Below are positions 54,828 to 64,000 of a DNA stretch of 64,000 nt, one piece after another. The stretch covers positions 41,635 through 105,634 of the forward strand of contig CANGIP010000005.1 in NCBI GenBank assembly GCA_947454105.1, read 5' to 3'. This stretch comes from Actinomycetota bacterium (GTDB taxonomy: Bacteria > Actinomycetota > Acidimicrobiia > Acidimicrobiales > Ilumatobacteraceae). The notes under the pieces were generated by a model that worked only from the letters and a program-made list of their open reading frames with translations, was not told the origin of the DNA and ran no database searches. Position 1 is the first letter of the stretch, and the number at the start of each line of letters is the position of its first letter. A program made the translations under genes and the position numbers.

Positions 54828-55604
54828 ATGGATATCAACGGAGCAAGCGCAATTGTCACTGGTGGGGCATCCGGTATCGGAGCTGCCACCGCTCGTCTTC
54901 TCGCCTCAAAGGGAGCCAAGGTCGTCATCGCCGACCTTCAGGCTGACAAGGGCGAGGCTTTGGCCACAGAAATTGGCGGAGCCTTCTGCAAGGTCGACGT
55001 CACCAAGACCGAAGACATCATGAACGCCATCGAAATGGCCAAGGACATGGGACCACTGCGCGTGCTCGTGAACTCGGCTGGTATCGGCTGGGCACAACGC
55101 ACTGTTGGTAAAGACGGTTCGTACGATTCGGCGGCCAACCTTGATGCTTACAAAAAGGTCATCGCGATCAACTTGGTCGGAACATTCGACTGCATTCGTT
55201 TGGCTGCAACTGCCATGAGTACGACGGAGCCGTTGAATGATGGCGAGCGCGGGGCGATTGTGAACATTGCATCGGTTGCTGCATTCGATGGTCAGATTGG
55301 ACAGGCCGCGTACTCGTCATCAAAGGGTGGCGTTGTTGGAATGACTCTTCCGATCGCTCGTGACCTGGCTGCAATCGGCGTGCGCGTCAACACAGTTGCT
55401 CCTGGTCTCATTAACACACCGATCTACGGTGAAGGTGAAGGCAGCGAACAGTTCAAAGAGAAGTTACAGACCGGAGTGTTGTTCCCGAACCGTTTGGGAT
55501 ACGGCACCGAGTTGGCCTCGATGGTCGTTGAATGCGTGACCAATAGTTACATGAATGCCGAGACCATCCGCGTGGATGGCGGCATCCGCATGCCACCTAA
55601 GTGA
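54828..55604 (+). CDS. short-chain dehydrogenase (3-hydroxyacyl-CoA dehydrogenase type-2-like)
   Basis: 258 aa. 'IVTGGASGIGAATA', 'YSSSKGGVVGMTLPIARDLA'. Confidence 0.8.
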   Translation: MDINGASAIVTGGASGIGAATARLLASKGAKVVIADLQADKGEALATEIGGAFCKVDVTKTEDIMNAIEMAKDMGPLRVLVNSAGIGWAQRTVGKDGSYDSAANLDAYKKVIAINLVGTFDCIRLAATAMSTTEPLNDGERGAIVNIASVAAFDGQIGQAAYSSSKGGVVGMTLPIARDLAAIGVRVNTVAPGLINTPIYGEGEGSEQFKEKLQTGVLFPNRLGYGTELASMVVECVTNSYMNAETIRVDGGIRMPPK

Positions 55605-55614
55605 CTTCGTGAAA

Positions 55615-55657
55615 CTGGTGCAGAATAGTTGCGAATAACGCAACAATTCTGCACCAG
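55615..55657. terminator. strong bidirectional terminator hairpin between convergent genes
   Basis: ctggtgcagaatagttgcg-aataa-cgcaacaattctgcaccag. 18 of 19 stem positions pair and the loop is 5 nt. Confidence 0.7.
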
Positions 55658-55669
55658 AAGCACAAGGGG

Positions 55670-56326
55670 TTATTCGGGAATAATGGCTCCGGTGATGTTT
55701 GCGCCGGTGAGAATCGCGCCGGTCATGTTTGCTCCGGTGAGATCGGCGTAGTACAGGTTGGCATTGGTGAAGTCGACATTGGTGAGGTCGGCGCCGGTCA
55801 ACACTGCATCAGAGAAGTTGGCGCCAGTCATGTTTGCACCGACGAGTGATGCACCATCAAGTTGAGCCTTGCGAAAGCTTGCGCCTTGTCCTTGAGCATC
55901 AGCCAAGTTGGCTTTTGCGAAATTCACTAACGAAAAATTGGCGTTCGTTAAAGTTGCACCGCTGAGGTCGGCACCGCTCAAGTCGGCTCCAGAAAAGCCC
56001 GTCTCAGTGAGATTGGCTTTCGAGAGATTTGCTGTGGTCATTGTTGCTGAGCCGAAAAATGACTTTGTTAAATCTGAACCTGACAGGTTTACCTCGGTCA
56101 TGTCTTTGCCCTTGAAATCCATGTCAATGAAACTGCTATTTGACAGATCTTGACCTACAAAGTCGGCGGGAAGTGAATCGGTAGAAGCATCGCTCGTCAT
56201 TGGAGCCGAGTCGGTTGACGGAGTTGATGCGGTTGACGAACCTTGGGAATCGTCACCACCGCAACTTGTCAAGACAATGAGAGTGAACAATGCGGTTGTG
56301 GCTAATTTTTTTGATGTGTTTTTCAT
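55670..56326 (-). CDS. pentapeptide-repeat lipoprotein
   Basis: Lipobox 'LTSCGG' follows a hydrophobic N-terminus, then an S/T/D-rich linker, then ~30 A(D/N)LxG-type pentapeptide repeats. ATG 56326 is preferred over 56353. Confidence 0.75.
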   Translation of the reverse strand: MKNTSKKLATTALFTLIVLTSCGGDDSQGSSTASTPSTDSAPMTSDASTDSLPADFVGQDLSNSSFIDMDFKGKDMTEVNLSGSDLTKSFFGSATMTTANLSKANLTETGFSGADLSGADLSGATLTNANFSLVNFAKANLADAQGQGASFRKAQLDGASLVGANMTGANFSDAVLTGADLTNVDFTNANLYYADLTGANMTGAILTGANITGAIIPE

Positions 56327-56421
56327 GGTTGTTTCACCGTAGTGAAGAACCAACTCACGAATACTCGTAAAGAGTGTGACACGAATTACTCAATAACAAC
56401 CGAAACTTGGTGTGCAGATTT

Positions 56422-57579
56422 TTAGGTCGTGTAATCGGCGTTAATACGCACATAGCCATCAGTGAGATCGCAACCCCACACAGTGCTCGTTGCTTGGCCT
56501 GTTTGTAACGACACATGAATGCGCACTTCATCGCCGCGCATGTATTCGCTCAGTTGCTTCAGCCCAGACTCATCAACGGCAACGGGGTACACCTCTTGTG
56601 TGCCAAAACGAATGATGACTTTGTTTTGATCGATGTCGGTGTATTGACTGCATTTTCCAACAGCCATTGCAACTCGACCCCAATTGGGGTCGGCACCGTG
56701 AACAGCAGTCTTGACGAGTGGTGAGTTGACAATCGCTTTAGCGACAGTCTTGGCTTGCTCACTGTCTCGGGCTTGGTCGACACAGACTTCGATGAGAGTC
56801 TCGGCACCTTCGCCATCGCGTGCAACTTGTTTGGTGAGTGATTGAGTGACCTGTTCGAGAGCTACTTCTAGGTCGGCAAGATCAATTGCGCCGGCAGCAC
56901 CGCTGGCCAAAACAATGGCTGTGTCAGATGTTGATGTGTCGGTGTCGACTGACACGCAATTGAACGTGCGATCAATCACGCGGCGCCAGATGGCATCGAG
57001 TGCGTCACCATCAACATCGGCATCGGTGAATGCCATGGTGATGAGAGTCGCCATGTTCGGTTCAATCATTCCAACACCTTTGGCAACGCCAACGACTCGT
57101 GCTGGGCCAGAACCGATTGTTGCTTCGGCAATCTTGTGCACGGTGTCGGTGGTCATGATGCCGCGGGCTACTGAAATTGCATCGTTGTTCGGTAACGGGA
57201 ATGGCAATGCGGAGAGTCCAGCACGCACTTTTTCAATGGGGTATTGGCGACCGATGACGCCTGTTGAAGCAATAAGAACATCATGCGGGTCGCAACCGAT
57301 TTTCTTGGCAACACCTTGCACCACTTCGAGAGCATTGGCTAGCCCTTGTTCGCCTGTTGCGACATTGGCGTTTTTTGAAATGACGACAACTGCACGGGCC
57401 GAATGACTTGCAATGTGTTTGCGCGAAACCACAACACTCGGGCCAGCAAATCGGCTTTGCGTAAAGACCCCGGCTGCCGCAACAACGGTTTTGGCAGCAA
57501 CAACTGTGAAGTCATCGCTCGTGTCTTTGATACCAATGTTGGTGACGAAACTCGTAAACCCTTGGGGCAGAGCAGTCAT
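56422..57579 (-). CDS. argJ: bifunctional glutamate N-acetyltransferase/amino-acid acetyltransferase
   Basis: 385 aa. 'GFTSFVTNIGIK' and the autoprocessing region 'PNMATLITMAFTDA'. Confidence 0.85.
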   Translation of the reverse strand: MTALPQGFTSFVTNIGIKDTSDDFTVVAAKTVVAAAGVFTQSRFAGPSVVVSRKHIASHSARAVVVISKNANVATGEQGLANALEVVQGVAKKIGCDPHDVLIASTGVIGRQYPIEKVRAGLSALPFPLPNNDAISVARGIMTTDTVHKIAEATIGSGPARVVGVAKGVGMIEPNMATLITMAFTDADVDGDALDAIWRRVIDRTFNCVSVDTDTSTSDTAIVLASGAAGAIDLADLEVALEQVTQSLTKQVARDGEGAETLIEVCVDQARDSEQAKTVAKAIVNSPLVKTAVHGADPNWGRVAMAVGKCSQYTDIDQNKVIIRFGTQEVYPVAVDESGLKQLSEYMRGDEVRIHVSLQTGQATSTVWGCDLTDGYVRINADYTT

Positions 57580-57587
57580 GTTGACTC

Positions 57588-58514
57588 CTAGTTTTTGTGG
57601 AGAGCGGCGTTGAGTCCGCCCCAGTTGCCCGAACGTTGAGTTGCTTCAATTGCACCCGTGACACTGTTGCGGCGGAACAACAATCCACTTGCCCCCGACA
57701 ACGTGCGACCCTTTACTACTTCGCCATCGGGCAACGTGATGAGTGAACCGCCAGTGACATACAAGCCTGCTTCAACGATGCACTCGTCACCAAGGCTGAT
57801 TCCGATACCGGCATTGGCGCCCAGCAAGCAACGCTCACCGATACTGACAACTTCTTTTCCGCCACCGGAAAGTGTTCCCATGATTGAGGCACCGCCACCG
57901 ATGTCGCTGCCATCACCCACAACAACGCCGGCCGAAATACGTCCTTCAACCATTGACGCACCAAGTGTGCCCGCATTGAAGTTGCAGAAACCTTCGTGCA
58001 TGACGGTGGTCCCCGACGACAAGTAAGCGCCAAGTCGCACACGGTTCGCGTCGGCAATGCGCACGCCAGATGGCACAACGTAATCGGTCATACGTGGGAA
58101 CTTGTCGACCCCGTGCACGTTGAGCAAGTGACCGCTGCGACGTTCTTCCCAGCGCACCTGATTAATGTTTTCGGGCAAAATCGGACCGATATTGGTCCAT
58201 GCGACATTGGTGAGCAAGCCAAATGCGCCGTCAAGATTGAGCGTGCGGGGCTGAGCCAATCGATGGGACAACAAGTGCAAGCGCAAATAGACATCGATGG
58301 CATTGGTCGGTGCAGAGTCGGTGTCAATCACGATTGTGGCAACTGAAACGCGTACGGCGCGCAATGCGTGATGTTGATCGGCAGTAAAGCGATCGGTGAC
58401 TGGTGCAGATTCGCCCCAACCGAGTTCGTGAAACCAAGCATCAAGAACTGTTCCGTCGTTACTGGAACCATTATCAACTCGAGTGACTAGTGCGTGACCC
58501 CATGCTGCGGGCAT
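57588..58514 (-). CDS. dapD: 2,3,4,5-tetrahydropyridine-2,6-dicarboxylate N-succinyltransferase (actinobacterial long form)
   Basis: 308 aa with a hexapeptide-repeat C-half ('[34 protein letters not shown]'). Confidence 0.8.
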   Translation of the reverse strand: MPAAWGHALVTRVDNGSSNDGTVLDAWFHELGWGESAPVTDRFTADQHHALRAVRVSVATIVIDTDSAPTNAIDVYLRLHLLSHRLAQPRTLNLDGAFGLLTNVAWTNIGPILPENINQVRWEERRSGHLLNVHGVDKFPRMTDYVVPSGVRIADANRVRLGAYLSSGTTVMHEGFCNFNAGTLGASMVEGRISAGVVVGDGSDIGGGASIMGTLSGGGKEVVSIGERCLLGANAGIGISLGDECIVEAGLYVTGGSLITLPDGEVVKGRTLSGASGLLFRRNSVTGAIEATQRSGNWGGLNAALHKN

Positions 58515-58538
58515 GACAACTCCTTATGTGCGATGAGA

Positions 58539-60209
58539 TTAAAACGCTTCTGGGCGAAGCGTGGGGAACAAAATGACTTCCTTGATTGACGACACGCCTG
58601 AAAGCAACATAGCAACGCGGTCCATGCCGATTCCGAGGCCTCCGGTTGGTGGCAAACCAAATTCAAGAGCGCGTAAGTAGTCCTCGTCAACTGTGCCACG
58701 TTCAGCATCGCCAGCATCTTTTGCGGCTTGCTCTTCTTCAAAACGCAAACGTTGTTCAACGGGATCGTTGAGTTCGCTATAGCCGTTGGCAAGTTCGCGA
58801 GCACCAACGAATAATTCAAAACGTTCAGTAATGAAAGGGTCATTGCGATCGGCGCGAGCCAATGGTGAAATCTCCACCGGATGACCGGTTACAAATGTGG
58901 GGCGGATGAGCGACGACTCGGCAGTGAACTCAAAGATCTCTTCAATCATCTTGCCCGAACCCCAACGCTTGTCGTAGCGCATGCCCAACTTGTCGGCAAG
59001 TGCACGAAGAGTTTCAACGGGTTGCGACGGGTGGGTTTCAACACCAGTCTTTTCGGCGATGAGTTCCATCATGCTGGCGCGACGCCAAGGTTCGGCCAGA
59101 TCGACAGTGTGGACAACACCAGCGGGATCGGCAATACCAACAATGGTGGTGCCGATCGCATCTCGTGCTGCTTGCACGATGAGTTCTTCGCAGATAGCCA
59201 TAACTTCGCTGTAGTCACCGAACGCCTGGTAGAGCTCCATCATGGTGAATTCGGGATTGTGGCGTGTGCTGATGCCTTCGTTGCGGAAGACGCGACCAAT
59301 TTCGTAGACGCGCTCCATGCCACCAACGATGAGTCGCTTGAGGTGAAGTTCAAGCGCGATACGCAAATATAACTGCATGTCGAGTGAGTTGTGATGAGTC
59401 AAGAAAGGTCGAGCATGTGCGCCACCGGCTTCAACATGCAACACAGGCGTTTCAACTTCAATGAATTCTTTGGCGGCCAACGAACGACGGAAACTTGAAA
59501 TCACGGCATGGCGAACTTCGAACGCACGACGAGCGTCTTCATTCACAATGAGATCGGTGTAACGCTGACGGAAACGAGTATCGGTATCGGTGAGACCCTT
59601 CCACTTGTTGGGAAGCGGACGTACTGCCTTCGACAACAATTCAAGTCGTGACACCTTGATCGACAGTTCACCCTTGCGAGTAGTCATAACGTTGCCGTAC
59701 ACGCCGACCCAGTCACCGAGGTCAAGAGATGCGACATCAGCGAAACCCTCGTCGCCGATGACTGCTTTAGAAACGAACAGCTGAATGTCTGACGAACGAT
59801 CTCGAACGGTTCCGAAAATCAACTTGCCCTGTTCGCGCTTGAGCATGATGCGTCCAGCAATGGCAACTTCGTTATCGGTTTCGGTGCCGGCTTCAAGATG
59901 GCCCCATTGAGAGCGAATTTCAGCCAGAGTGTGCGTGCGGTCAAAACGGTAGGGGTAGGGGTTGACGCCCTTGGCCCGCATCTCGTCGAGTTGGCCGAGG
60001 CGACGACTCTTTTCGGCCTGAAGTCCGCTTCCGGTCAGTTCGGGGATGTCGAGATCTTCGTTTTCGTCGGGGGTATTTGACTCTGCACTCACAAGAGAAA
60101 GACGGTAGTTGCTGGAACGCCGTTGCGCTGAGTTATTTCGGTTTTGCATCACCATTAACGTCGTTCGGTGAGTTGTTGAGTTGACCGCTGTCTCACAAGA
60201 ACCGCTCAA
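58539..60209 (-). CDS. lysS: lysine--tRNA ligase (class II)
   Basis: 'GVNPYPYRF', 'VETPVLH', 'RVFRNEGISTRHNPEFTMMELY', 'GLGIGMDRVAMLL'. The start is uncertain: in-frame alternatives at 60155, 60149 and 60092 would widen the spacer to lpdA. Confidence 0.9.
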   Translation of the reverse strand: MSGSCETAVNSTTHRTTLMVMQNRNNSAQRRSSNYRLSLVSAESNTPDENEDLDIPELTGSGLQAEKSRRLGQLDEMRAKGVNPYPYRFDRTHTLAEIRSQWGHLEAGTETDNEVAIAGRIMLKREQGKLIFGTVRDRSSDIQLFVSKAVIGDEGFADVASLDLGDWVGVYGNVMTTRKGELSIKVSRLELLSKAVRPLPNKWKGLTDTDTRFRQRYTDLIVNEDARRAFEVRHAVISSFRRSLAAKEFIEVETPVLHVEAGGAHARPFLTHHNSLDMQLYLRIALELHLKRLIVGGMERVYEIGRVFRNEGISTRHNPEFTMMELYQAFGDYSEVMAICEELIVQAARDAIGTTIVGIADPAGVVHTVDLAEPWRRASMMELIAEKTGVETHPSQPVETLRALADKLGMRYDKRWGSGKMIEEIFEFTAESSLIRPTFVTGHPVEISPLARADRNDPFITERFELFVGARELANGYSELNDPVEQRLRFEEEQAAKDAGDAERGTVDEDYLRALEFGLPPTGGLGIGMDRVAMLLSGVSSIKEVILFPTLRPEAF

Positions 60210-60240
60210 TCGGCGGCGAAGCGAGGGCTAGCCTGAGGCC

Positions 60241-61605
60241 ATGTCGGTACGTTTTCTCATTATTGGTGGCGGTCCAGCCGGAAATACTGCGGCGACTTAC
60301 GCGGCTCGCTTGGGAGCCGACGTGGTGATGGTTGAACGAGAAATTGTTGGGGGAGCAGCCCACCTTTTGGATTGCATTCCGTCGAAGACCATGATTGCCA
60401 CGGGTGGCGCAATGACTCTTGGTCGCAAGTCGGCCGGTATGGGTCTTGAAGAAATGCGACCCGAAGTTGACGTCGAAGCTTTGACCGACCGAATCGAAGA
60501 TATTAAGGATCATTTGTCGAACAGCACGACTGAACTCTTGGTGAGTCAAGGAGTTCGCATCATTAAGGGAAGTGCCAGCTTTGCCTCATCGCAAAGCGTC
60601 GTTGTCACCACCCCCGATGGTGTCCAAGAAACGATTGAGTTTGACGCAGCGATGATTTCAACTGGTTCGCGTCCGCGCATTCCTGATTGGGTGCAACCCG
60701 ATGGCGAAAGAATCTTGACCACACGCGATTGTTATCCGCCCAAGATTTTTCCGACCAATGTGTGCATTGTTGGTTCAGGCGTTACCGGTGTTGAGTTCGT
60801 GCATATGTTCGAATCATTTGGCGCCAAGGTGTCGCTGGTGGTGAGTCGTCAGCAAGTGTTGCCGGGTAAAGACCCCGAAGTTGCAGCAGTTCTTGAAGAC
60901 GATTTCTTGCGACGCGGAGTTCGTTTGTTGAAGGGTGCACGAGCCGAGTCAATTGAACGTGAAGGCGATGAAGTCGTCATCAAATGTGATGATGGCAGAC
61001 AAGTGCGCGCGAGCCATGCAGTGCTCACCATTGGTTCAATCCCCAACAGCGACGGACTTAATCTTGATGCTGCAGGTGTGCACATGGATGGCGGTGGGTA
61101 CATCCCGATCAACCATCACTGCATTACTAATGTCGAACACATTTACGCGGCAGGTGACGTGAGTGGCAAGTTGCCGCTGTCGTCGGTTGCGTCAATGCAA
61201 GGCCGAAAGATTGCCGAACATGTGATGGGATTGCACACTCGCGATCATCGCCACCTCGATTATGACAAGGCAGCATCGGCGATTTTTACCGAACCCGAAA
61301 TTGCTGATGTGGGGTTAGCTGAGGCAGAAGCATTTGCGCATGGCCGTAAAATACGTGTGACGAAGGTGCCTTTTTCGGCAGCGGCCAAGGCACTAATCAA
61401 CAACGATTCACGAGGATTTGTGAAAATTATTTCTGACCCCGCAACTGGCGTCGTGCTTGGCGGATCAATCGTTGGACGTCATGCGGCCGAATTAATTAGC
61501 GTGATTGCACTTGCCGTGACCGCCAATTTGAAAGTATCCGACATCGTCGAAAGTCTTTTAGTTCACCCCGCCTTGGCAGAGGCCCTGGCCGAAGCAGCAG
61601 AATAA
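60241..61605 (+). CDS. lpdA: flavoprotein disulfide reductase family protein (LpdA/Rv3303c-like, single active-site Cys)
   Basis: 454 aa. 'FLIIGGGPAGNTAA', 'GGAAHLLDCIPSK' (the canonical site is C-x4-C), 'HPALAEAL'. Confidence 0.8.
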   Translation: MSVRFLIIGGGPAGNTAATYAARLGADVVMVEREIVGGAAHLLDCIPSKTMIATGGAMTLGRKSAGMGLEEMRPEVDVEALTDRIEDIKDHLSNSTTELLVSQGVRIIKGSASFASSQSVVVTTPDGVQETIEFDAAMISTGSRPRIPDWVQPDGERILTTRDCYPPKIFPTNVCIVGSGVTGVEFVHMFESFGAKVSLVVSRQQVLPGKDPEVAAVLEDDFLRRGVRLLKGARAESIEREGDEVVIKCDDGRQVRASHAVLTIGSIPNSDGLNLDAAGVHMDGGGYIPINHHCITNVEHIYAAGDVSGKLPLSSVASMQGRKIAEHVMGLHTRDHRHLDYDKAASAIFTEPEIADVGLAEAEAFAHGRKIRVTKVPFSAAAKALINNDSRGFVKIISDPATGVVLGGSIVGRHAAELISVIALAVTANLKVSDIVESLLVHPALAEALAEAAE

Positions 61606-61611
61606 AAACCT

Positions 61612-62088
61612 ATGAGTGATTTTGATCCACCCATCATTGTTGAGTCCCCACGAGCCGATGCACTCGCGAGTATTGGTAAGCGTGCCCTGGCGCAATTCTT
61701 AGATGGGTTGGTGGTCGGAATTCCGTTGTTCGCGATTACTGCTGCTTTGGGATACTCGTTGACCGATAGTTCGTTGAGCAACTCCACGCTTACTTGGCTC
61801 ACGGTGTTGTGGGTGGGTGCCAACTTGATTTACAACATCGTTGCTATCGCCGTGTATGGCTACACCGTGGGGAAACGAATCACCGGAATCAAAGTGGTGA
61901 ATCGAGTTGATGGTGGCCGAGTGTCATGGACGTACTCGGCAGTGCGAGCTCTGATTCCGACTGCAGTTCAACTCGTGCCCGTCGTCGGACCAGGGTTGTC
62001 ACTTGTTGTCTACCTGCGTGCGGTGTTTCACCCGCTTCGTCAGGGTTTACACGATGCTGCGGCTGGCACCATCGTGGTGAAGCGCTAA
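61612..62088 (+). CDS. RDD family membrane protein
   Basis: 158 aa. 'KRALAQFLDGLVVGIPLF' plus hydrophobic spans. Confidence 0.65.
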   Translation: MSDFDPPIIVESPRADALASIGKRALAQFLDGLVVGIPLFAITAALGYSLTDSSLSNSTLTWLTVLWVGANLIYNIVAIAVYGYTVGKRITGIKVVNRVDGGRVSWTYSAVRALIPTAVQLVPVVGPGLSLVVYLRAVFHPLRQGLHDAAAGTIVVKR

Positions 62089-62106
62089 AAGATCAACAAA
62101 GGTTGA

Positions 62107-63921
62107 TCAGGCAATAACGACAACAACGTCGCCAGAACCGACGGTATCGCCAGCCTTGACTTTGATCTCGGTGACCTTGCCGGTCTTTTCGGCCAAAATC
62201 TGGTTTTCCATCTTCATGGCTTCAAGCACACAAACTGCCTGACCTGATTCGACTTCTTGGCCGACCTCAACGAGCACCTTGACGATGGTTCCTTGCATCG
62301 GCACGGTGACTTGACCAGAACCTGCGCCGCCACCTGCGCCACTGCTTGCTGCGCGCTTGGGTTTTGCAGCCTTAGGCGCACCACTCGAGACAACTGCTGT
62401 CTGCTCGGGAACCCACATCGCAACATCAAAACGCTTGCCGTTGATTTCAACGGTGGTATTACGACGAACGAGAGGTTCGGCATCATCGCCAGATGTTGCT
62501 GGTGCAACATTTTCAATTCCGGAAAGATCGAGAACTTCTTCAACCCACTTCGTTGAGTGCTTGAAGGCCGCAAAGTCGGGATGCTTCAAGATTGCCAAGT
62601 CGGCAGGGATGGTGGTGTGGACACCTTCGACGACCATCTCTTCAAGCGCACGAATGGTACGAGCGATTGCCGTTGGGCGATCTTTACCCCACACGATGAG
62701 TTTGCCGACCAAGTTGTCGTAGTACTGACTGATTTCGTCGCCACTTTCGTAGCCCGAGTCGAAGCGCACACCAAAACCATCTGAAGGTACAAGCTTCGTG
62801 ATCTTGCCTGGTGACGGAAGGAACTTTCCGCCAGCGGGATTTTCGGCGTTAATACGAATTTCAATACCGTGACCATTACGACGAGCAGTGACTTCTTCTT
62901 GCGTCATTGGCAATTTCTCGCCACCTGCAACGCGCAGTTGCCATTCAACGAGATCGATGCCCGTGATGACTTCTGAAACGGGGTGTTCAACTTGCAAACG
63001 AGTGTTCATTTCCAAGAAGAAGAATTCGCCGTCTTGGTAAATGAATTCAACGGTTCCGGCGTTGAAATAACCAACAGCACGAGCAGCGAGAACAGCAGCT
63101 TCACCCATTGCTTCTTCAACACCTTCGCCCATCGCTACCGCAGGAGCTTCTTCGACGAGCTTCTGGTGACGACGCTGTGCTGAACAGTCGCGTGTCGAAA
63201 CCCATACGTAGTTGCCGTGTTGGTCGCCGACTAACTGCACTTCAACGTGGCGCGGCCATGTGAGGTACTTCTCAACATAAATTTCATCGCGACCAAAGAA
63301 TGCTTTTGCTTCGCGTTGTGCACTATCCATTGCTTCTTGCACTGACTCGGCGTTCTGCACAACTTTCATGCCGCGACCACCGCCACCAAAGGCTGCTTTG
63401 ATCGCAACGGGATAACCAAAGTCGGCACCGAATTGTTTGATTTCGTCAGCAGTTGTCACGAATTCGGTGGTGCCGGGAACAATCGGGCAACCGCCGCGCA
63501 GTGCTGCTTTACGACTTGAAACTTTGTCGCCCATTTCGCGAATTGCATCGCCTGGGGGCCCGATGAATGCCACGCCCATATTGGTAATGGCGTCAGCAAA
63601 ATCGGCGTTTTCACTGAAGAATCCGTAACCGGGGTGAACGCCGTCGGCTCCGCTCTTGCGAATGGCATCAAGAATCGCGTCAGTGTTGAGGTAACTCTCG
63701 GCTGCGGTTTGACCACCCAGGGCGTAGGCCTCGTCGGCCAGACGCACGTGAAGGGCATTGCGATCGAGCTCGGAATACACCGCCACAGTGGCGATTCCCA
63801 TCTCGCGAGCGGCTCGGATGACGCGGACTGCGATCTCTCCGCGGTTGGCAATCAGGATCTTCGTAAGGGGTTTAGTCGACACAAGTGACAATGTTGGTCT
63901 GATGGAGACCCCTTTCGCCAC
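62107..63921 (-). CDS. accA: acetyl/propionyl-CoA carboxylase alpha subunit (biotin carboxylase + BCCP)
   Basis: 604 aa. 'KILIANRGEIAVRVIRA', 'GGGGRGMKVV', biotinylation motif 'LEAMKMEN'. The start may lie slightly downstream of 63921. Confidence 0.9.
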   Translation of the reverse strand: MAKGVSIRPTLSLVSTKPLTKILIANRGEIAVRVIRAAREMGIATVAVYSELDRNALHVRLADEAYALGGQTAAESYLNTDAILDAIRKSGADGVHPGYGFFSENADFADAITNMGVAFIGPPGDAIREMGDKVSSRKAALRGGCPIVPGTTEFVTTADEIKQFGADFGYPVAIKAAFGGGGRGMKVVQNAESVQEAMDSAQREAKAFFGRDEIYVEKYLTWPRHVEVQLVGDQHGNYVWVSTRDCSAQRRHQKLVEEAPAVAMGEGVEEAMGEAAVLAARAVGYFNAGTVEFIYQDGEFFFLEMNTRLQVEHPVSEVITGIDLVEWQLRVAGGEKLPMTQEEVTARRNGHGIEIRINAENPAGGKFLPSPGKITKLVPSDGFGVRFDSGYESGDEISQYYDNLVGKLIVWGKDRPTAIARTIRALEEMVVEGVHTTIPADLAILKHPDFAAFKHSTKWVEEVLDLSGIENVAPATSGDDAEPLVRRNTTVEINGKRFDVAMWVPEQTAVVSSGAPKAAKPKRAASSGAGGGAGSGQVTVPMQGTIVKVLVEVGQEVESGQAVCVLEAMKMENQILAEKTGKVTEIKVKAGDTVGSGDVVVVIA

Positions 63922-64000
63922 CCCAAACGACGAGAACTTGCCCGGAGAGGCGATTTTTGGCGAAAAAATCGGAAAATTCCCCGATTCTTGGCAAGTTCGG

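Noticed and set aside
56846-57406. 186-aa plus-strand ORF inside argJ
   Set aside because: It is antisense to ArgJ and its composition is Ala/Ser/Thr/Pro-rich shadow sequence.
58881-59372. 163-aa plus-strand ORF inside lysS
   Set aside because: It is antisense to a fully motif-supported class II LysRS.

Overview
This window reads as an actinobacterial chromosome segment. The evidence is a mycothiol-dependent DinB-type enzyme, an Rv2466c-like DsbA protein, a fused BC-BCCP acyl-CoA carboxylase, long-form DapD, and AceE. About 45 kb (25..2141 and ~6.0..48.3 kb) is a dense cell-envelope glycopolymer locus with many tightly coupled genes. It contains Wzm/Wzt ABC export, about 10 GT2/GT4 glycosyltransferases and five polytopic GT-C-like proteins. 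It also has two DPM1/ArnC-like polyprenyl-phosphate GT2s, nucleotide-sugar enzymes (Ugd, UDP-xylose synthase, GalE, a second dehydrogenase, two further SDRs), three SAM methyltransferases and a pyruvyl transferase. Four separate acyl-transfer modules are present: two AT3 proteins, an MBOAT plus AlgJ-like pair, and a GSCFA plus WcbI-like pair. The right third (48.3..64 kb) is housekeeping: aceE, rnhA, an SDR, argJ, dapD, lysS, an lpdA-like gene, an RDD protein and accA. I saw no rRNA, tRNA, CRISPR array, transposase or integrase. The most unusual items are: (1) an uncharacterised ~130-aa repeat module shared by two large secreted proteins that flank aceE-rnhA, one of them a SpoIID-SGNH fusion; (2) tandem paralogous 'FDEWMF' membrane proteins of unknown family; (3) an in-frame 21-bp heptad repeat in a glycosyltransferase coiled coil; (4) a clearly AT-richer sub-block at 11.7..17.4 kb. 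All family assignments come from motif recognition by eye, not from database searches.
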